In this document: in pieces, positions 1 through 10,794 of the stretch
Position numbering within the stretch: position 1 is the first letter of the stretch
Layout of the letters: each line of letters begins with the position of its first letter
Notes under the pieces: model-generated
Seen by the model: only the letters and a program-made list of their open reading frames with translations
Databases searched by the model: none
What the model was told of the DNA's origin: nothing
Position numbers and translations under genes: made by a program
From: Alphaproteobacteria bacterium MarineAlpha5_Bin7
GTDB taxonomy: Bacteria; Pseudomonadota; Alphaproteobacteria; HIMB59; GCA-002718135
Reading direction: 5' to 3'
Assembly: GCA_002938195.1 (NCBI GenBank)
Contig: PTKX01000002.1
Span: 248-64,247, forward strand
Length of the DNA stretch: 64,000 nt

Positions 1-33
1 CAAGGTTGCGCTCTACCCCTGAGCTACGCCCGC
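1..33 (-). tRNA. tRNA 5' half truncated by the window edge, probably tRNA-Gly(GCC)
   Basis: The reverse complement of 1-33 reads GCGGGCGTAGCTCAGGGGTAGAGCGCAACCTTG. That is an acceptor stem, U8, a D-arm (GCTC-AGGGGTA-GAGC), an anticodon stem CAACC and the loop start TTG. Only the first anticodon base (G) is visible; the rest lies outside the window. Confidence 0.7.
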
Positions 34-144
34 AATGATTGCCTTTTATCATGATAATAAATGACTGTCATTATATCTTAAAAAGTATTAATTATTGCTA
101 ATTTATAGTTGTTTATAATAATTAAATAAATAGAATTATAGCAA

Positions 145-840
145 ATGCAAATTCATAATATATTTCCTTTATCTATTTTTCATGACACAATTGAATTAGA
201 TGAAGAAGAGAGAAATAATTTGGTTAAATTAATTTCTAATTCACATAATACTAGTACCTCAATACATAAACCTGAAAATGCATGGACAGGAGATATACAT
301 GGTCATGAATTTTTATTATCTAAACCAGGTTTTGAAAAAATTTACTCATTAATTTCCTCGAAAATTAATGATTACTTAAATATGTTAGCAATAAATATTG
401 AGAAAATTGATTTATATTTTCAAAGATCTTGGGCAACAATTACTAAAGATAAACAAAAAATACAATTTCATACCCATACTCAATCAAATATTAGTTTTGC
501 GTATTATTTGTTGAAACCAAAAAATTCTGGGGGAATAATTTTTGAAATGAATAATACTCCAAACTCAATATGCAATAACATATTTGCTAAAGATAAATTT
601 GAGAAAGGGTTAATCAAAGAATCAAATATTTATAATATTAATCAAGCTATGTTTGATTTTAAACAAGATTCTATAGTTATTTTTCCCTCTCAAACACGTC
701 ATGCAACAATGGTCAATGAGTCTGGTCAGACAAGAATTTCACTATCTGGTGACATAAGTTTAATGTTAAAAGATAGTTCTGGTTTTGAACACATAATGCC
801 CAATTTTAAACATTGGCAAAAGATACAAAAACCAAAATAA
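145..840 (+). CDS. putative 2OG-Fe(II) oxygenase-like protein (TIGR02466 / PF13759-like family)
   Basis: 231-aa ORF. FHTHTQSNISFAYYL and IVIFPSQTRHAT...RISLSGD resemble the H-x-H...SgvyY...FPS..H...RiS.s pattern recalled for this family, which is common in SAR11 and marine cyanobacteria. Confidence 0.55.
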   Translation: MQIHNIFPLSIFHDTIELDEEERNNLVKLISNSHNTSTSIHKPENAWTGDIHGHEFLLSKPGFEKIYSLISSKINDYLNMLAINIEKIDLYFQRSWATITKDKQKIQFHTHTQSNISFAYYLLKPKNSGGIIFEMNNTPNSICNNIFAKDKFEKGLIKESNIYNINQAMFDFKQDSIVIFPSQTRHATMVNESGQTRISLSGDISLMLKDSSGFEHIMPNFKHWQKIQKPK

Positions 841-845
841 CTTAT

Positions 846-2468
846 TTAATTTAATATTTTTTTAAGTTTTGTTAATTCGCTTTTATATATTTCAGCTTTA
901 TTTACTGAGCTTGTGTAAATTTTTTTTCTTACTTGTTGTACACTAGCGGTTCTGACTATTGATTTATTTTTATAAAAATTAATACATTTATTTTCCCACT
1001 TTAATGAACAGAATTTTAATAATTTTTTTGTTTCTTCTTTTTGGTTGTTAACTAATTTTTCATATTGTATTTCATAAAAATCATTAATTAATAATTTTTT
1101 CCAATGGCTTATAGAATCTTCATATAATTTATAAAAATGTCCTATTTCATCTAAATTAAAAGTATATTCATTGCCTTTAATTAAAAAATTTTGCTCAAAT
1201 ATAGAAAGGCATGTGTCCATTGGATTTCTTTTACAATGTATTATTATAGAATTAGGCAATACTAACTTAATAAGGCCCATCCACCTAAAGTTTAAAGGAA
1301 GTTTATTTATTAATATTTTCTTTGAATTTGCAAAAGACTCGATTTTTTTTATATATTCTTTTCCAGCCTTATATAGATTTTCTTTTTTTATTAACTTGCT
1401 ATCTAATAATTTTTTTTTGTTTAAAAAATATTTTGACAAAATTTCATCGAAAAAATTGACTTCTCCCGCACCATATACTTTTGTGTGACTAGATAACACT
1501 TGCTCTATCAAAGAAGTGCCTGAACGGGGCATTCCAACTATAAATATTGTTTTTTTCTTATCGAATCCAAATCCTTTAATTCTATTGAATAATTCTAAGC
1601 TTAAGGTATTCTCAATATTTTTAAATTTTATTTTGTCTTCATTTAAAGAATAATCAAATGTTTTTCTTTTAATTGAATTAGCAGACTTGTAATATTTAAA
1701 AGATTTTTTATAATCTTTTTTATCTTTATATAATTTTGCAACTGCAAAAGATAAATGTAACAATTCGTTATTATTTTTAGAAGATTTAATTAAATTTAAT
1801 AATTCTTTTTCGTGTAAATTTTTTGTTGAGTAGTCTGTAATTATGCTTAAATTATAATGAGCCATAAAATTATGTGTATTAATTTTTATGGCTTTAGAGA
1901 AGTCATGTTTAGCTTCATTTATATTACCCTTAGAAAGATTGATTAATCCTAGATTATTACGAGCGATATCAAGATTTGGTTTATATTTTAAGGCCAAACA
2001 TGTATATTTTTCAGCTTCTAAAATTTCTCCTTTTAGGTAAAGTAAATGTCCTAAGTTACACAAAGCCTCAGCATCTTCTGTAATTTTAATTGATTCTTTT
2101 AGATTAAATATTGCTTTTTCAATATTATTGAGTTGAATATAAATTTGTCCTAAATAAAAAAAAACTTTTGAGTTTTTTTTTATTTTTATTGATTCTAAAA
2201 AATATTTTTTAGCCGTTTGATGTTCTTTTTTTGACAAATATATTAAACCTAAATTATTTATTGCCACATCATCTTTTGGATTTATTTTGATAGCTTGATT
2301 AAATAATTTTATAGCCTCTTTTTCTCTATTTGTTTTAATACAAACCAATCCCAAGCTTGTGTACAATAGCGGACTAATGTTATTTTGTTTTATTAAGTTT
2401 CTATACCCTTTTTCTGCCTCATTTAAGCGCCCTAACTTATGTAGTTTTAAATATTCGTTAAACTTCAT
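846..2468 (-). CDS. TPR-repeat protein with C-terminal sulfotransferase domain
   Basis: The N-terminal half is made of 34-aa TPR-like repeats (..A...Y/F..AI..NP..). The C-terminal half has GMPRSGTSLIEQVLSSH (PAPS 5'-phosphosulfate binding-loop type) and RNPMDTCLS. The start forms a TAATG junction with the upstream small ORF. Confidence 0.75.
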   Translation of the reverse strand: MKFNEYLKLHKLGRLNEAEKGYRNLIKQNNISPLLYTSLGLVCIKTNREKEAIKLFNQAIKINPKDDVAINNLGLIYLSKKEHQTAKKYFLESIKIKKNSKVFFYLGQIYIQLNNIEKAIFNLKESIKITEDAEALCNLGHLLYLKGEILEAEKYTCLALKYKPNLDIARNNLGLINLSKGNINEAKHDFSKAIKINTHNFMAHYNLSIITDYSTKNLHEKELLNLIKSSKNNNELLHLSFAVAKLYKDKKDYKKSFKYYKSANSIKRKTFDYSLNEDKIKFKNIENTLSLELFNRIKGFGFDKKKTIFIVGMPRSGTSLIEQVLSSHTKVYGAGEVNFFDEILSKYFLNKKKLLDSKLIKKENLYKAGKEYIKKIESFANSKKILINKLPLNFRWMGLIKLVLPNSIIIHCKRNPMDTCLSIFEQNFLIKGNEYTFNLDEIGHFYKLYEDSISHWKKLLINDFYEIQYEKLVNNQKEETKKLLKFCSLKWENKCINFYKNKSIVRTASVQQVRKKIYTSSVNKAEIYKSELTKLKKILN

Positions 2469-2701
2469 TATTTATACTTGTACTTTAGGGACATCTTATC
2501 TTGATTATTTTTAATTTTTAAAACACCTTTAAAAGGAATAATTTTTTTAGCAAAAAGTTTAGATAGAAGTACATTTTTAAGTATTCTTTCGTAATGTTGT
2601 TTGTAATTTTTTCTTCCTGAGCTAATTTTATTATTTTTAGCAATTAAATTTATTAGATAGTTTTGATTTATTTTTTTTATAGTGATTTTTTTAAATTTCA
2701 T
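2468..2701 (-). CDS. small basic hypothetical protein
   Basis: 77-aa Lys-rich ORF wedged 3 nt after the purH stop and sharing a TAATG stop/start junction with the TPR-sulfotransferase gene. The packing suggests translation. No domain was recognised. Confidence 0.4.
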   Translation of the reverse strand: MKFKKITIKKINQNYLINLIAKNNKISSGRKNYKQHYERILKNVLLSKLFAKKIIPFKGVLKIKNNQDKMSLKYKYK

Positions 2702-2704
2702 ATA

Positions 2705-4240
2705 CTAATGTTTGAAAAATCTAAAATTTGAAAAATATAAAGGCACATTATTTTTGTTTGCAAAATTAATTATTTTATAATCATTTTTTGATCCACTTGG
2801 TTGAACAACAGCTTTACAATTTTTTTTAAATAATAATTTTAAGCTATCTGTAAATGGGAAAAAAGCATCTGAAGCAACAACAAATCCATTATTTTTATTT
2901 TTTTTAGATATTTTATCTAATGCTATTTTAGTAGCATCTATTCTGCTCATTTGACCAGCGCCAATACCTAATGTTTGTTTATTATTGCCAATCACTATTG
3001 CATTAGATTTAACATGTTTACAAACTCTTAAACAAAAAATTAAATCATCAATTATTTTTTTTGAAGCTTTTATTTTAGTGGCTTTGTGTAAATTACTTAT
3101 TTTTATATTTACATTGTTCTGCTCTTGTATCAATAAACCATTATTTATTGATCTAATTTCTTTGTTTTTTTTAATTTTATTTTTACTTGTTTTCACTAAA
3201 ATTAAATTTTTCTTATTTTTTAAAAGATTTATTGATTCTTTTGTAAAATTTTTAGCTATTATTACTTCAAAAAAATTAGCATATAATTTTTTAGCCAGAT
3301 CATAATTTACTGTTCTATTTATTCCTACAATACCTCCAAAAGCACTTTTTTTATCAGAGTCCAATGCTTTTTTGAATGATAAGTTAATTGTCTTTGCAGA
3401 ACACACACCGCAAGGGTTATTGTGTTTAACAATAACACAAGTAGGCTCTTTAAATTCTTCTAATAATTTATTTGCAGCGTCGAGATCTAAAAAATTGTTA
3501 TAACTCAATTGTTTTTCATTATTTAGATTTTTTAACATTTGATTGCTGACGCGATATTTTAAAAAAGCTTTTTGATGGGGATTTTCACCATATTTTAATT
3601 TTGTTTGTAATAATTTTTTATTACCGGTTTTATTATTTTTACCTTTGAACCATCTTGCAATGGCCAAGTCATAATTTGCTGATTTTTCAAAAGCTTTTTG
3701 GGCCATTTTTTTTCTGAAATCTATGGAGGTTTCCCCATTATTTTTTTTTAGATTGTTAATCAGTTTATCATAATCATGATTGTCGCAAATAGAGGTGACG
3801 AAATTATAATTCTTTGCTGCAGATCTTAGCAAAGTTACCCCACCTATATCAATCATTTCGATTGTTTTTTGGTGTTTTGCATTTTTATATTTTTCAAATG
3901 GATATAAATTTATAATTACAAAATCGATTGTTGGAAAAATAAGTTTCTTAAACTCGTTTAACTGTTTGTTATTATTTCTTTTGAAAAGTATAGATGCATA
4001 TATCTTTGGATGTAATGTTTTTACTCTTCCATTCAATATCTCTTTAAACCTAGTTATATTGCTTACTTTTTTGCAATTATATCCCAATTTTTTGATTTTG
4101 TTAGCAGTTTCACCAGTTGATATTATATCAATATTATGATGTTTTAAGGTTGAACATAATTTTTTTAAACTAGCTTTGTTATAAACTGAAATCAAAGCAC
4201 TTTTTTTATTTGTTAATTTTAAATTTTTTCTAGCGACCAT
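2705..4240 (-). CDS. purH: bifunctional AICAR formyltransferase / IMP cyclohydrolase
   Basis: 511 aa. The N-terminal MGS-like region is ALISVYNKASL..IISTGETA and GRVKTLHPKIYASIL. The C-terminal AICARFT region is VKHNNPCG and ASDAFFPF. Confidence 0.95.
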   Translation of the reverse strand: MVARKNLKLTNKKSALISVYNKASLKKLCSTLKHHNIDIISTGETANKIKKLGYNCKKVSNITRFKEILNGRVKTLHPKIYASILFKRNNNKQLNEFKKLIFPTIDFVIINLYPFEKYKNAKHQKTIEMIDIGGVTLLRSAAKNYNFVTSICDNHDYDKLINNLKKNNGETSIDFRKKMAQKAFEKSANYDLAIARWFKGKNNKTGNKKLLQTKLKYGENPHQKAFLKYRVSNQMLKNLNNEKQLSYNNFLDLDAANKLLEEFKEPTCVIVKHNNPCGVCSAKTINLSFKKALDSDKKSAFGGIVGINRTVNYDLAKKLYANFFEVIIAKNFTKESINLLKNKKNLILVKTSKNKIKKNKEIRSINNGLLIQEQNNVNIKISNLHKATKIKASKKIIDDLIFCLRVCKHVKSNAIVIGNNKQTLGIGAGQMSRIDATKIALDKISKKNKNNGFVVASDAFFPFTDSLKLLFKKNCKAVVQPSGSKNDYKIINFANKNNVPLYFSNFRFFKH

Positions 4241-5781
4241 TTTTCTATTATTTTTGAAGTATCTGCATAGTTTGATATAACAATTTGCTTCGTTTTTTCT
4301 ATTGTTTTTCCATCTTTGATATAAATGCTATCTTCTAGATTTATAGCACTTTTAGCGTTAAAAACCCAAGATTGATTTTTTTGCGTTTTGATAAAAACTG
4401 TTTTTTTATTATTTGAAAGAAGACAAGAACATATAGGCGTTAAGTGAAATCTAATACTATATTGTATTTTTTTTGAATTAAATTTTGATAAAATAATTGA
4501 ATCCTCTCCTATTATAAAATTTTTTCTTTTAAATATTTTTAATTTTCTTTTTATGATTCTATTGAAGTTTTCTTTATATCCATCATGGCTTGCAATCCAA
4601 TTAACCTCTTCATCATTTTCTTCATGACTAAAAGATAATTTTTTTGGAATGCGTTTATATGAATTTTTAGACAACTCGCTTATATTAGTATTATCAACAA
4701 TTAATGTTGAATGGGCGGCGCTATATCTTAAGTATTCTGGTTTTTTTCCATATCTTTTTTCAACGGAACCGCAATTTGTAATAATCTTTTCACCAAAGCT
4801 GCTCATTTCAAGGCTCAAGGTTCCTGAATGAAGATTTTTATTAATTTCTTTATTGGTTGGAGCTACTATATCAAAGAATACTTTCTTATGTTTATCGCTA
4901 TATATACATATTCCATTTTCAATTTTATCAAGTTTTTTGGGCGTTATATCCGATATTAAGCTTTCAATTTGTTTATATTTTAAATCATTAGCATTATTTG
5001 ATCCGTTAAAAAAAGCTATAGAGCCATCTTTATGAAAAAAATTGTTAAAGGCTGAAGTCATATTATCTAATTGATTATATATTTCTTTGTATACATTCAT
5101 ATTAAAGTACAACAATATGTTTTTAATTTCATGAAGTTGATTAATAAATTCAGCTTGGTAGCTTGGATTATAGCCTCTATGATATCCATTGGTATCTATA
5201 AACTTAAATAGCTGCGTTTTTAATTCAGATAAAATTTTATTCAAATTTTTATTAAAAATAATTCGCATTAAAATTAATATTTTAATAACCTCTATTGATA
5301 TTTCTTCAATTTTATCAAATTTTCTAGCTGCTTCTAACATTAAATAATGTTTAAGTATTAATTCGTAAAATAGTTTTTTTTCTTTTTCATCGGATGAGAT
5401 AGCATAAAAATCATAATAATAAATTAGATTAGTTAATCTCTTTGCTGTAATTTGCGTATTCCATATAAATGAATTTTTTGAATAATGATTGTTTAGCCAG
5501 TTGAAAATTAATTTTTTTGAACTATTTACACTTTCTGAACCTCCAATTTTTTTTGCTGGCTGTAACCAATCAAAGCAATGATAGTTATAATCTTTATCTT
5601 TTAGAAATTTTCCCTTTGTATATTTATTTGATAAAAATATCTTCTTTGAATTTTCATAATTATCAAAATTAATATTTAAAAAATTGTAATTAAAATTATT
5701 TGTATAATTTTTTTTTATTTTAATAAAAAAGGAATTTATAAAAAAAAAGATGTATAATTTTTTTACAATTTTATTAATCAT
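4219..5781 (-). CDS. heparinase II/III-like family protein
   Basis: 520 aa. NLHSGTLSLEMSSFGEKIITNCGS resembles the H..D.lSFel..g...i.N.G motif of the family. It sits in the rsmB / heparinase II-III-like / purH arrangement common in alphaproteobacteria. Confidence 0.6.
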   Translation of the reverse strand: MINKIVKKLYIFFFINSFFIKIKKNYTNNFNYNFLNINFDNYENSKKIFLSNKYTKGKFLKDKDYNYHCFDWLQPAKKIGGSESVNSSKKLIFNWLNNHYSKNSFIWNTQITAKRLTNLIYYYDFYAISSDEKEKKLFYELILKHYLMLEAARKFDKIEEISIEVIKILILMRIIFNKNLNKILSELKTQLFKFIDTNGYHRGYNPSYQAEFINQLHEIKNILLYFNMNVYKEIYNQLDNMTSAFNNFFHKDGSIAFFNGSNNANDLKYKQIESLISDITPKKLDKIENGICIYSDKHKKVFFDIVAPTNKEINKNLHSGTLSLEMSSFGEKIITNCGSVEKRYGKKPEYLRYSAAHSTLIVDNTNISELSKNSYKRIPKKLSFSHEENDEEVNWIASHDGYKENFNRIIKRKLKIFKRKNFIIGEDSIILSKFNSKKIQYSIRFHLTPICSCLLSNNKKTVFIKTQKNQSWVFNAKSAINLEDSIYIKDGKTIEKTKQIVISNYADTSKIIEKWSLEKI

Positions 5782-7045
5782 TTTTAGTTATTTTTGCAGC
5801 AAAAAAACCATCAATAAAAAATTTTTCATGAACTTTTTGTGGTAATATATATATGTTTCCCGTTTTATTTATAAACTTTTTATAAAATTCATTATCTGAA
5901 TTAAATTTTTCTAATTTAAAATTTTTATTATTTTTTAAAAATGAATTTATTTGATTCTCGCATTCTTCTTTTAAGAAAGAACAAACCATATACAATATAA
6001 TGCCATTTTTTTTAACTAATGTTTTGGCTTTATTTAAGAGCTGATCTTGAATGTTAATTATATTGTTGAAGTTAGGAGGTTGTTTTCTATAAAAAATTTC
6101 AGGATTTCTTCTTATTGTGCCAACAGAAGAACAGGGAGCATCAAGCAAAACAACATCAAATTTTTTTTTCAAGTTAATTTTACAAATATCATTATTAATT
6201 ATTTCAATATTATACCCTAGTCGCTTTAGATTTTTTTTCATTATAATTATTTTTTTATTGTTTATTTCAAATGATTGCACCATTGCTTCCTTATTTAAAG
6301 CTTGAAAAGTTTTCCCCCCAGGTGCTGCACACATATCAATAACTAATTTATTTTTAATGTTATGCAAAACATGCAAGGGTAGCATTGTAGAAAAATCTTG
6401 TATCCACCACATACCTTTTTTATAATCCTCAATTCTTTCAATTTTATCATATGAATCTAATAATATAGAATGATCAGATGTATTAACTCCTTTAAATTTT
6501 AATTTATTAATTTTATATTCCTTTTTGAAAACAATATGTAAACTTGGTTTTTCTTTAATTGTTTTTACAAAATAATTTTTTTGCTCATTATCCCAATATT
6601 TAGTCTTTTTAATGAACCACTTTGGTAAATCAGAAAAATTATTGTCTAATTTAATTATAGATTTATTTTTAATTACCTTTCTAAGAACGCCGTTAATGAA
6701 TTTTGGGTTTGTGTTGTTTATTCTTTTTGAAAGTTCGACAGTAGAATCAACCACAGCATATTCTTTAAAGCTTAAAAAAATTATTTGAGCTATTGCACTT
6801 AAGAGTAAAAAGTAATTATTACTTCTATAATTAATTTTTTTAACATATAATTCAACTATTCTATTAATAATTGCATAATTTCTCATTGAACAAAAAACAA
6901 CACTGTGGACCATTCTTTTATCACTTTTATTAATGCCCTTTTGTTTTATTTGATTTTCAAATAATAGATCAAAATTGGAAAATTCATTTTTTAACGAAAT
7001 TAATATTTCGTGTATAATTAATCGTGATATTATTCCTTTTTGCAT
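5774..7045 (-). CDS. rsmB: 16S rRNA (cytosine967-C5)-methyltransferase (Sun/RsmB)
   Basis: N-terminal NusB-like region, then DMCAAPGGKT (SAM binding) and LLDAPCSSVGTIRRNPE (catalytic Cys). The track start at 7048 is TTG immediately followed by ATG at 7045, which is preferred. Confidence 0.9.
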   Translation of the reverse strand: MQKGIISRLIIHEILISLKNEFSNFDLLFENQIKQKGINKSDKRMVHSVVFCSMRNYAIINRIVELYVKKINYRSNNYFLLLSAIAQIIFLSFKEYAVVDSTVELSKRINNTNPKFINGVLRKVIKNKSIIKLDNNFSDLPKWFIKKTKYWDNEQKNYFVKTIKEKPSLHIVFKKEYKINKLKFKGVNTSDHSILLDSYDKIERIEDYKKGMWWIQDFSTMLPLHVLHNIKNKLVIDMCAAPGGKTFQALNKEAMVQSFEINNKKIIIMKKNLKRLGYNIEIINNDICKINLKKKFDVVLLDAPCSSVGTIRRNPEIFYRKQPPNFNNIINIQDQLLNKAKTLVKKNGIILYMVCSFLKEECENQINSFLKNNKNFKLEKFNSDNEFYKKFINKTGNIYILPQKVHEKFFIDGFFAAKITKND

Positions 7046-7066
7046 CAAATTTTAAATATTATTAAT

Positions 7067-8242
7067 ATGCCATATTTTAGTTTTTCAATAAAAAGCAATA
7101 TTGACAAAATATTACACTTTTTAGGAGATAATAATATAAATCTAGAAATAAATACTAAATATTATTCTAAAAACTCTAAAATTTATAAATTATTTAATAA
7201 TAGAAAATATTATAACCTAATTGAAAACATCCAATATGAAAAAAGGGAAAAAATTAAACTTATAGGTAAAAAAATACTTATATGTTTGCCTCCCAGTATA
7301 GGACTTGGGGATTCTGTAGAATATGCTCTTTTTTCCAAAGCTCTTGTTGAGAGTAATTTATTTGATAAGGTGGGAATAGCTTATGTAGATAGGTTCAAAA
7401 TAATTTTTAAGAAATTTTTTAATTTATCAAATATTTATCCTAATTTTATTAGTCAGACTGAATTAAATACTTATGATACAATTTTCCATGTAACGCTTGA
7501 AATTAATCAATTAAAAAATCAAAAATATTCTCGTGAAGATATTGAAGGGGCCTTAACTCACTATTTTAATATTAAAAAATTTAGAAAAAAAATAACCAAA
7601 AATTATAATAAAATAAACAAGATAACTATTTTCCCAATATCAGAATCTCCACTAAGAACATTAAATGATAAATTAATTAATAATTTGGTTAGAAAGTTCA
7701 ATAATTATTCTTTTGATATAATATTAGATAGATCTTCAGAAATTTCAAATTATCTAGATAAACTTATTTCTTCGGACAATATTAATAAAATATATCCAGA
7801 AAATCTTATTGATTTGATTAAAGAAATTGAAAAAGTAGAATTTGGAATATTTCCTGATTCGGGCCCTCTTCATTTGGCAAAGATTCTAGGGATTAGAGGG
7901 ATATTATTAACTACTACAGTTAATGGAAAAAAATTATTAAATGGATTTAATAGCATTGAAGAGTTTCTTAATAATTATCAATCTAACTATTGTTCAGCTC
8001 CATGTGGTTTAACAAATATTTTTAATTATAACAATTCTATCGGTTGCTACGATAGCTTAAAGATTAAAAAAAATGAAATTTTAAACTTAAAAAGCTTTAA
8101 TAAGCTACAAAGAGGATCTTTAAAAAAAAATTATATAAATTTTATTGATAATCCTGTAGGCTGTCATGATAATATTGATGTTAAATCTTTATACAAACAC
8201 TTAATTGAAAAGTTGAATAATTATGGATCGAGGAACTCTTGA
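7067..8242 (+). CDS. glycosyltransferase family 9 (heptosyltransferase-like) protein
   Basis: LPPSIGLGDSVEYAL (GxGD motif) and FPDSGPLHLAKILGIRG (DSGpmHLAaa.G motif). ATG 7067 is preferred over the TTG at 7040, which would overlap the divergent rsmB start. Confidence 0.55.
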   Translation: MPYFSFSIKSNIDKILHFLGDNNINLEINTKYYSKNSKIYKLFNNRKYYNLIENIQYEKREKIKLIGKKILICLPPSIGLGDSVEYALFSKALVESNLFDKVGIAYVDRFKIIFKKFFNLSNIYPNFISQTELNTYDTIFHVTLEINQLKNQKYSREDIEGALTHYFNIKKFRKKITKNYNKINKITIFPISESPLRTLNDKLINNLVRKFNNYSFDIILDRSSEISNYLDKLISSDNINKIYPENLIDLIKEIEKVEFGIFPDSGPLHLAKILGIRGILLTTTVNGKKLLNGFNSIEEFLNNYQSNYCSAPCGLTNIFNYNNSIGCYDSLKIKKNEILNLKSFNKLQRGSLKKNYINFIDNPVGCHDNIDVKSLYKHLIEKLNNYGSRNS

Positions 8243-8777
8243 AACAATAGTTGGAGCGATGTTCGCAGGCAAAACAAGCGAACTTTTGAAACGAATACTA
8301 TGGGCTGAACATCAGGGAAAAAAAATTCTAGTTATAAAACCTAAAATTGATAATAGGTATTCAGAAAAACTTATTTCTACACATAATAACTTAAGTCACG
8401 AATGTTATGCCATGAATAATTGGAAAGAAGTAAATTCTAATTTTGACTTTTCTAATAATAATTATGAAGTAGTTTTTTTAGATGAAATTCAATTTATGGA
8501 TTCGAAAGAAACTATTAAAAACGTTGAAAATTTATTACAAATTGGCATAGATGTTGTTTGCGCAGGTTTAGACCAAGACTCTCGAGGCAAACCTTGGGAT
8601 ACCTCTTCTTATTTACTAGGACTTGCAGATAAAATTACTAAAATATACGGTTTTTGTAATGTTTGTGGCTTAGAAGCAACTAAAACTTATAGAAAAATTG
8701 AAGGAGGAGAAAGAACACAAGTAGGCGCGTCAAATATATATGAGCCCAGATGTTTAAAGCATTGGAAACCTCGATAA
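8223..8777 (+). CDS. tdk: thymidine kinase (type II)
   Basis: 184 aa. P-loop GAMFAGKTSELL, FLDEIQF, and a C-terminal Zn-ribbon-like C.VCG...C..H. Confidence 0.9.
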   Translation: MDRGTLETIVGAMFAGKTSELLKRILWAEHQGKKILVIKPKIDNRYSEKLISTHNNLSHECYAMNNWKEVNSNFDFSNNNYEVVFLDEIQFMDSKETIKNVENLLQIGIDVVCAGLDQDSRGKPWDTSSYLLGLADKITKIYGFCNVCGLEATKTYRKIEGGERTQVGASNIYEPRCLKHWKPR

Positions 8778-8787
8778 AAAAATAAAT

Positions 8788-10722
8788 TTAATTTTTGTTC
8801 AGTCTTTTTTCGACTAAATCACTTACTACAGATGGATCTGCAAGTGTGGAAGTATCTCCAAGTTGGTCATGCTGATTAGCGGCAATTTTTCTTAATATTC
8901 TTCTCATAATTTTACCAGATCTTGTTTTAGGTAAACCTTGGCTAAATTGAATATAATCTGGAGTAGCAATTGGACCAATTTTCTTACGAACCCATAACTT
9001 AAGTTCTTTTGATAAATCTTCAGAAATTTTTTCTCCTGCATTTAAACTTACAAAGCAATATAATCCATTACCTTTTATGTCATGAGGATAACCAACAACT
9101 GCAGCTTCAGAAACTTTATTATGAGCCACAAAAGCACTTTCAATTTCAGCTGTACCCAAATTGTGACCAGAAACTATAATAACATCATCAACTCTTCCAG
9201 TTATCCAATAATAACCATCAACATCTCTTTTACACCCATCGCCTGTAAAATATTTTCCATTAAATTGTGAAAAATATGTTTTAATAAATCTTTCATGGTC
9301 TCCAAAAACCGTCCTCATTTGTCCAGGCCACGAATGTTTTATACATAATCTACCTTCGCATTCCCCCTCTAATTCATTTCCATTTTGATCTACAATCGCA
9401 GGTTGAATCCCATAAAATGGCTTTGCAGCTGAACCAGGTTTCAAATCCATCGCACCTGTTTGCGCTGATATTAAAATACCTCCTGTTTCTGTTTGCCACC
9501 ATGTATCTACAATAGGGCATTTTGAGTTTCCAGGAACCTTATAATACCACATCCATGCTTCAGGATTAATTGGCTCTCCAACAGTACCAAGAATTTTTAA
9601 AGAACTTCTATTTGTTTTTTTCACAGGTTCATCACCCTCTCTCATGAGAGATCTAATCGCTGTTGGAGCAGTATAAAAAATATTTACTTTATGTTTATCT
9701 ACAACTTGCCAAAATCTAGAAGTATCAGGATAGTTAGGCACGCCTTCAAACATAATAGTTGTAGCACCATTTGAAAGAGGACCATAAATAATATAACTAT
9801 GGCCTGTAACCCAACCTATATCGGCTGTGCACCAGTAAATATCATTTTTTTTATAATTAAAAATATATTCATGAGTCATTGAAGCATAGACTAAATAACC
9901 TCCAGTTGTGTGGAGTACACCTTTAGGTTTTCCTGTTGATCCAGAAGTATAAAGAATAAACAAAGGATCTTCAGCATTCATTTCTTCGGGCTCACATCTT
10001 TCGTTAACATCTTTAATAATATCATCTAAATAAATATCTCTACTTTGATTAATTGAAACATCGTTCCCAGTTCTTTTTACAATTAAGCATTTTTTTACAT
10101 CAGGGCAGTTATTAAGCGCCTCATCAGCAATTTTTTTTAGTGGTATAATTTTTCCACCTCTAATACCTTCATCGGCAGTAACAAGATATTCTGATTTACA
10201 ATCCTTCATTCTGCCAGCAATAGATTCTGACGAAAAACCGCCAAATATTATTGAATGCACCGCTCCTATTCTTGCACAAGCAAGCATTACATATGCTAGC
10301 TCAGGAATCATTGTGAGATATATTGTTACTCTATCACCTTTCGTTATACCAATTTTTTTAAGTGCATTTGCTGTTTTGCAAACATTGTCCAGCAATTCCT
10401 TATAAGTTATTTTTTTTGAAACATTTGGATCATCAGATTCCCAAATTATTGCAATTCTATCTGGATCATTTTCCGCATATCTATCAATACAATTATAACT
10501 AGCATTCAATTTACCATCATAAAACCACTTGATAGAAACATCGTTTGAACTATATTTTACATCCTTGATTTTAGAATAAGGTTTTGTCCAAGAAATTCTT
10601 TTTCCATGTTCAGACCAGAATGATTCGTTATTACTTATTGAATCATTGTACATAGATTCATATGTACTTTCGTCTACTAAAGCATCTTTTACCCAATCTG
10701 ACTGTATTGTAATTTTATTCAT
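8788..10722 (-). CDS. acs: acetyl-CoA synthetase
   Basis: 644 aa. AMP-binding signature [20 protein letters not shown], and C-terminal [12 protein letters not shown]. Confidence 0.95.
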   Translation of the reverse strand: MNKITIQSDWVKDALVDESTYESMYNDSISNNESFWSEHGKRISWTKPYSKIKDVKYSSNDVSIKWFYDGKLNASYNCIDRYAENDPDRIAIIWESDDPNVSKKITYKELLDNVCKTANALKKIGITKGDRVTIYLTMIPELAYVMLACARIGAVHSIIFGGFSSESIAGRMKDCKSEYLVTADEGIRGGKIIPLKKIADEALNNCPDVKKCLIVKRTGNDVSINQSRDIYLDDIIKDVNERCEPEEMNAEDPLFILYTSGSTGKPKGVLHTTGGYLVYASMTHEYIFNYKKNDIYWCTADIGWVTGHSYIIYGPLSNGATTIMFEGVPNYPDTSRFWQVVDKHKVNIFYTAPTAIRSLMREGDEPVKKTNRSSLKILGTVGEPINPEAWMWYYKVPGNSKCPIVDTWWQTETGGILISAQTGAMDLKPGSAAKPFYGIQPAIVDQNGNELEGECEGRLCIKHSWPGQMRTVFGDHERFIKTYFSQFNGKYFTGDGCKRDVDGYYWITGRVDDVIIVSGHNLGTAEIESAFVAHNKVSEAAVVGYPHDIKGNGLYCFVSLNAGEKISEDLSKELKLWVRKKIGPIATPDYIQFSQGLPKTRSGKIMRRILRKIAANQHDQLGDTSTLADPSVVSDLVEKRLNKN

Positions 10723-10794
10723 ATTTAATTTTGACTATATTATAATAAATATAAAAAAAAAGATAATCATTTTGTTTGTAATTTAAAAAATGAG

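Noticed and set aside
34-2701. tRNA-flanked genomic island or integrated element
   Set aside because: There is no integrase, transposase, phage gene or direct repeat of the tRNA end within view (the tRNA 3' half is outside the window), and the genes run straight into the core purH operon.
7040-7066. Track start (TTG 7040) of the GT9-like gene, and likewise TTG 53885 for pgk, 58741 for ffh and 24293 for folD
   Set aside because: The extended N termini overlap divergent genes or add non-homologous residues. Internal ATGs (7067, 53906, 58840, 24278) give canonical N termini and/or an SD or ATGA coupling.
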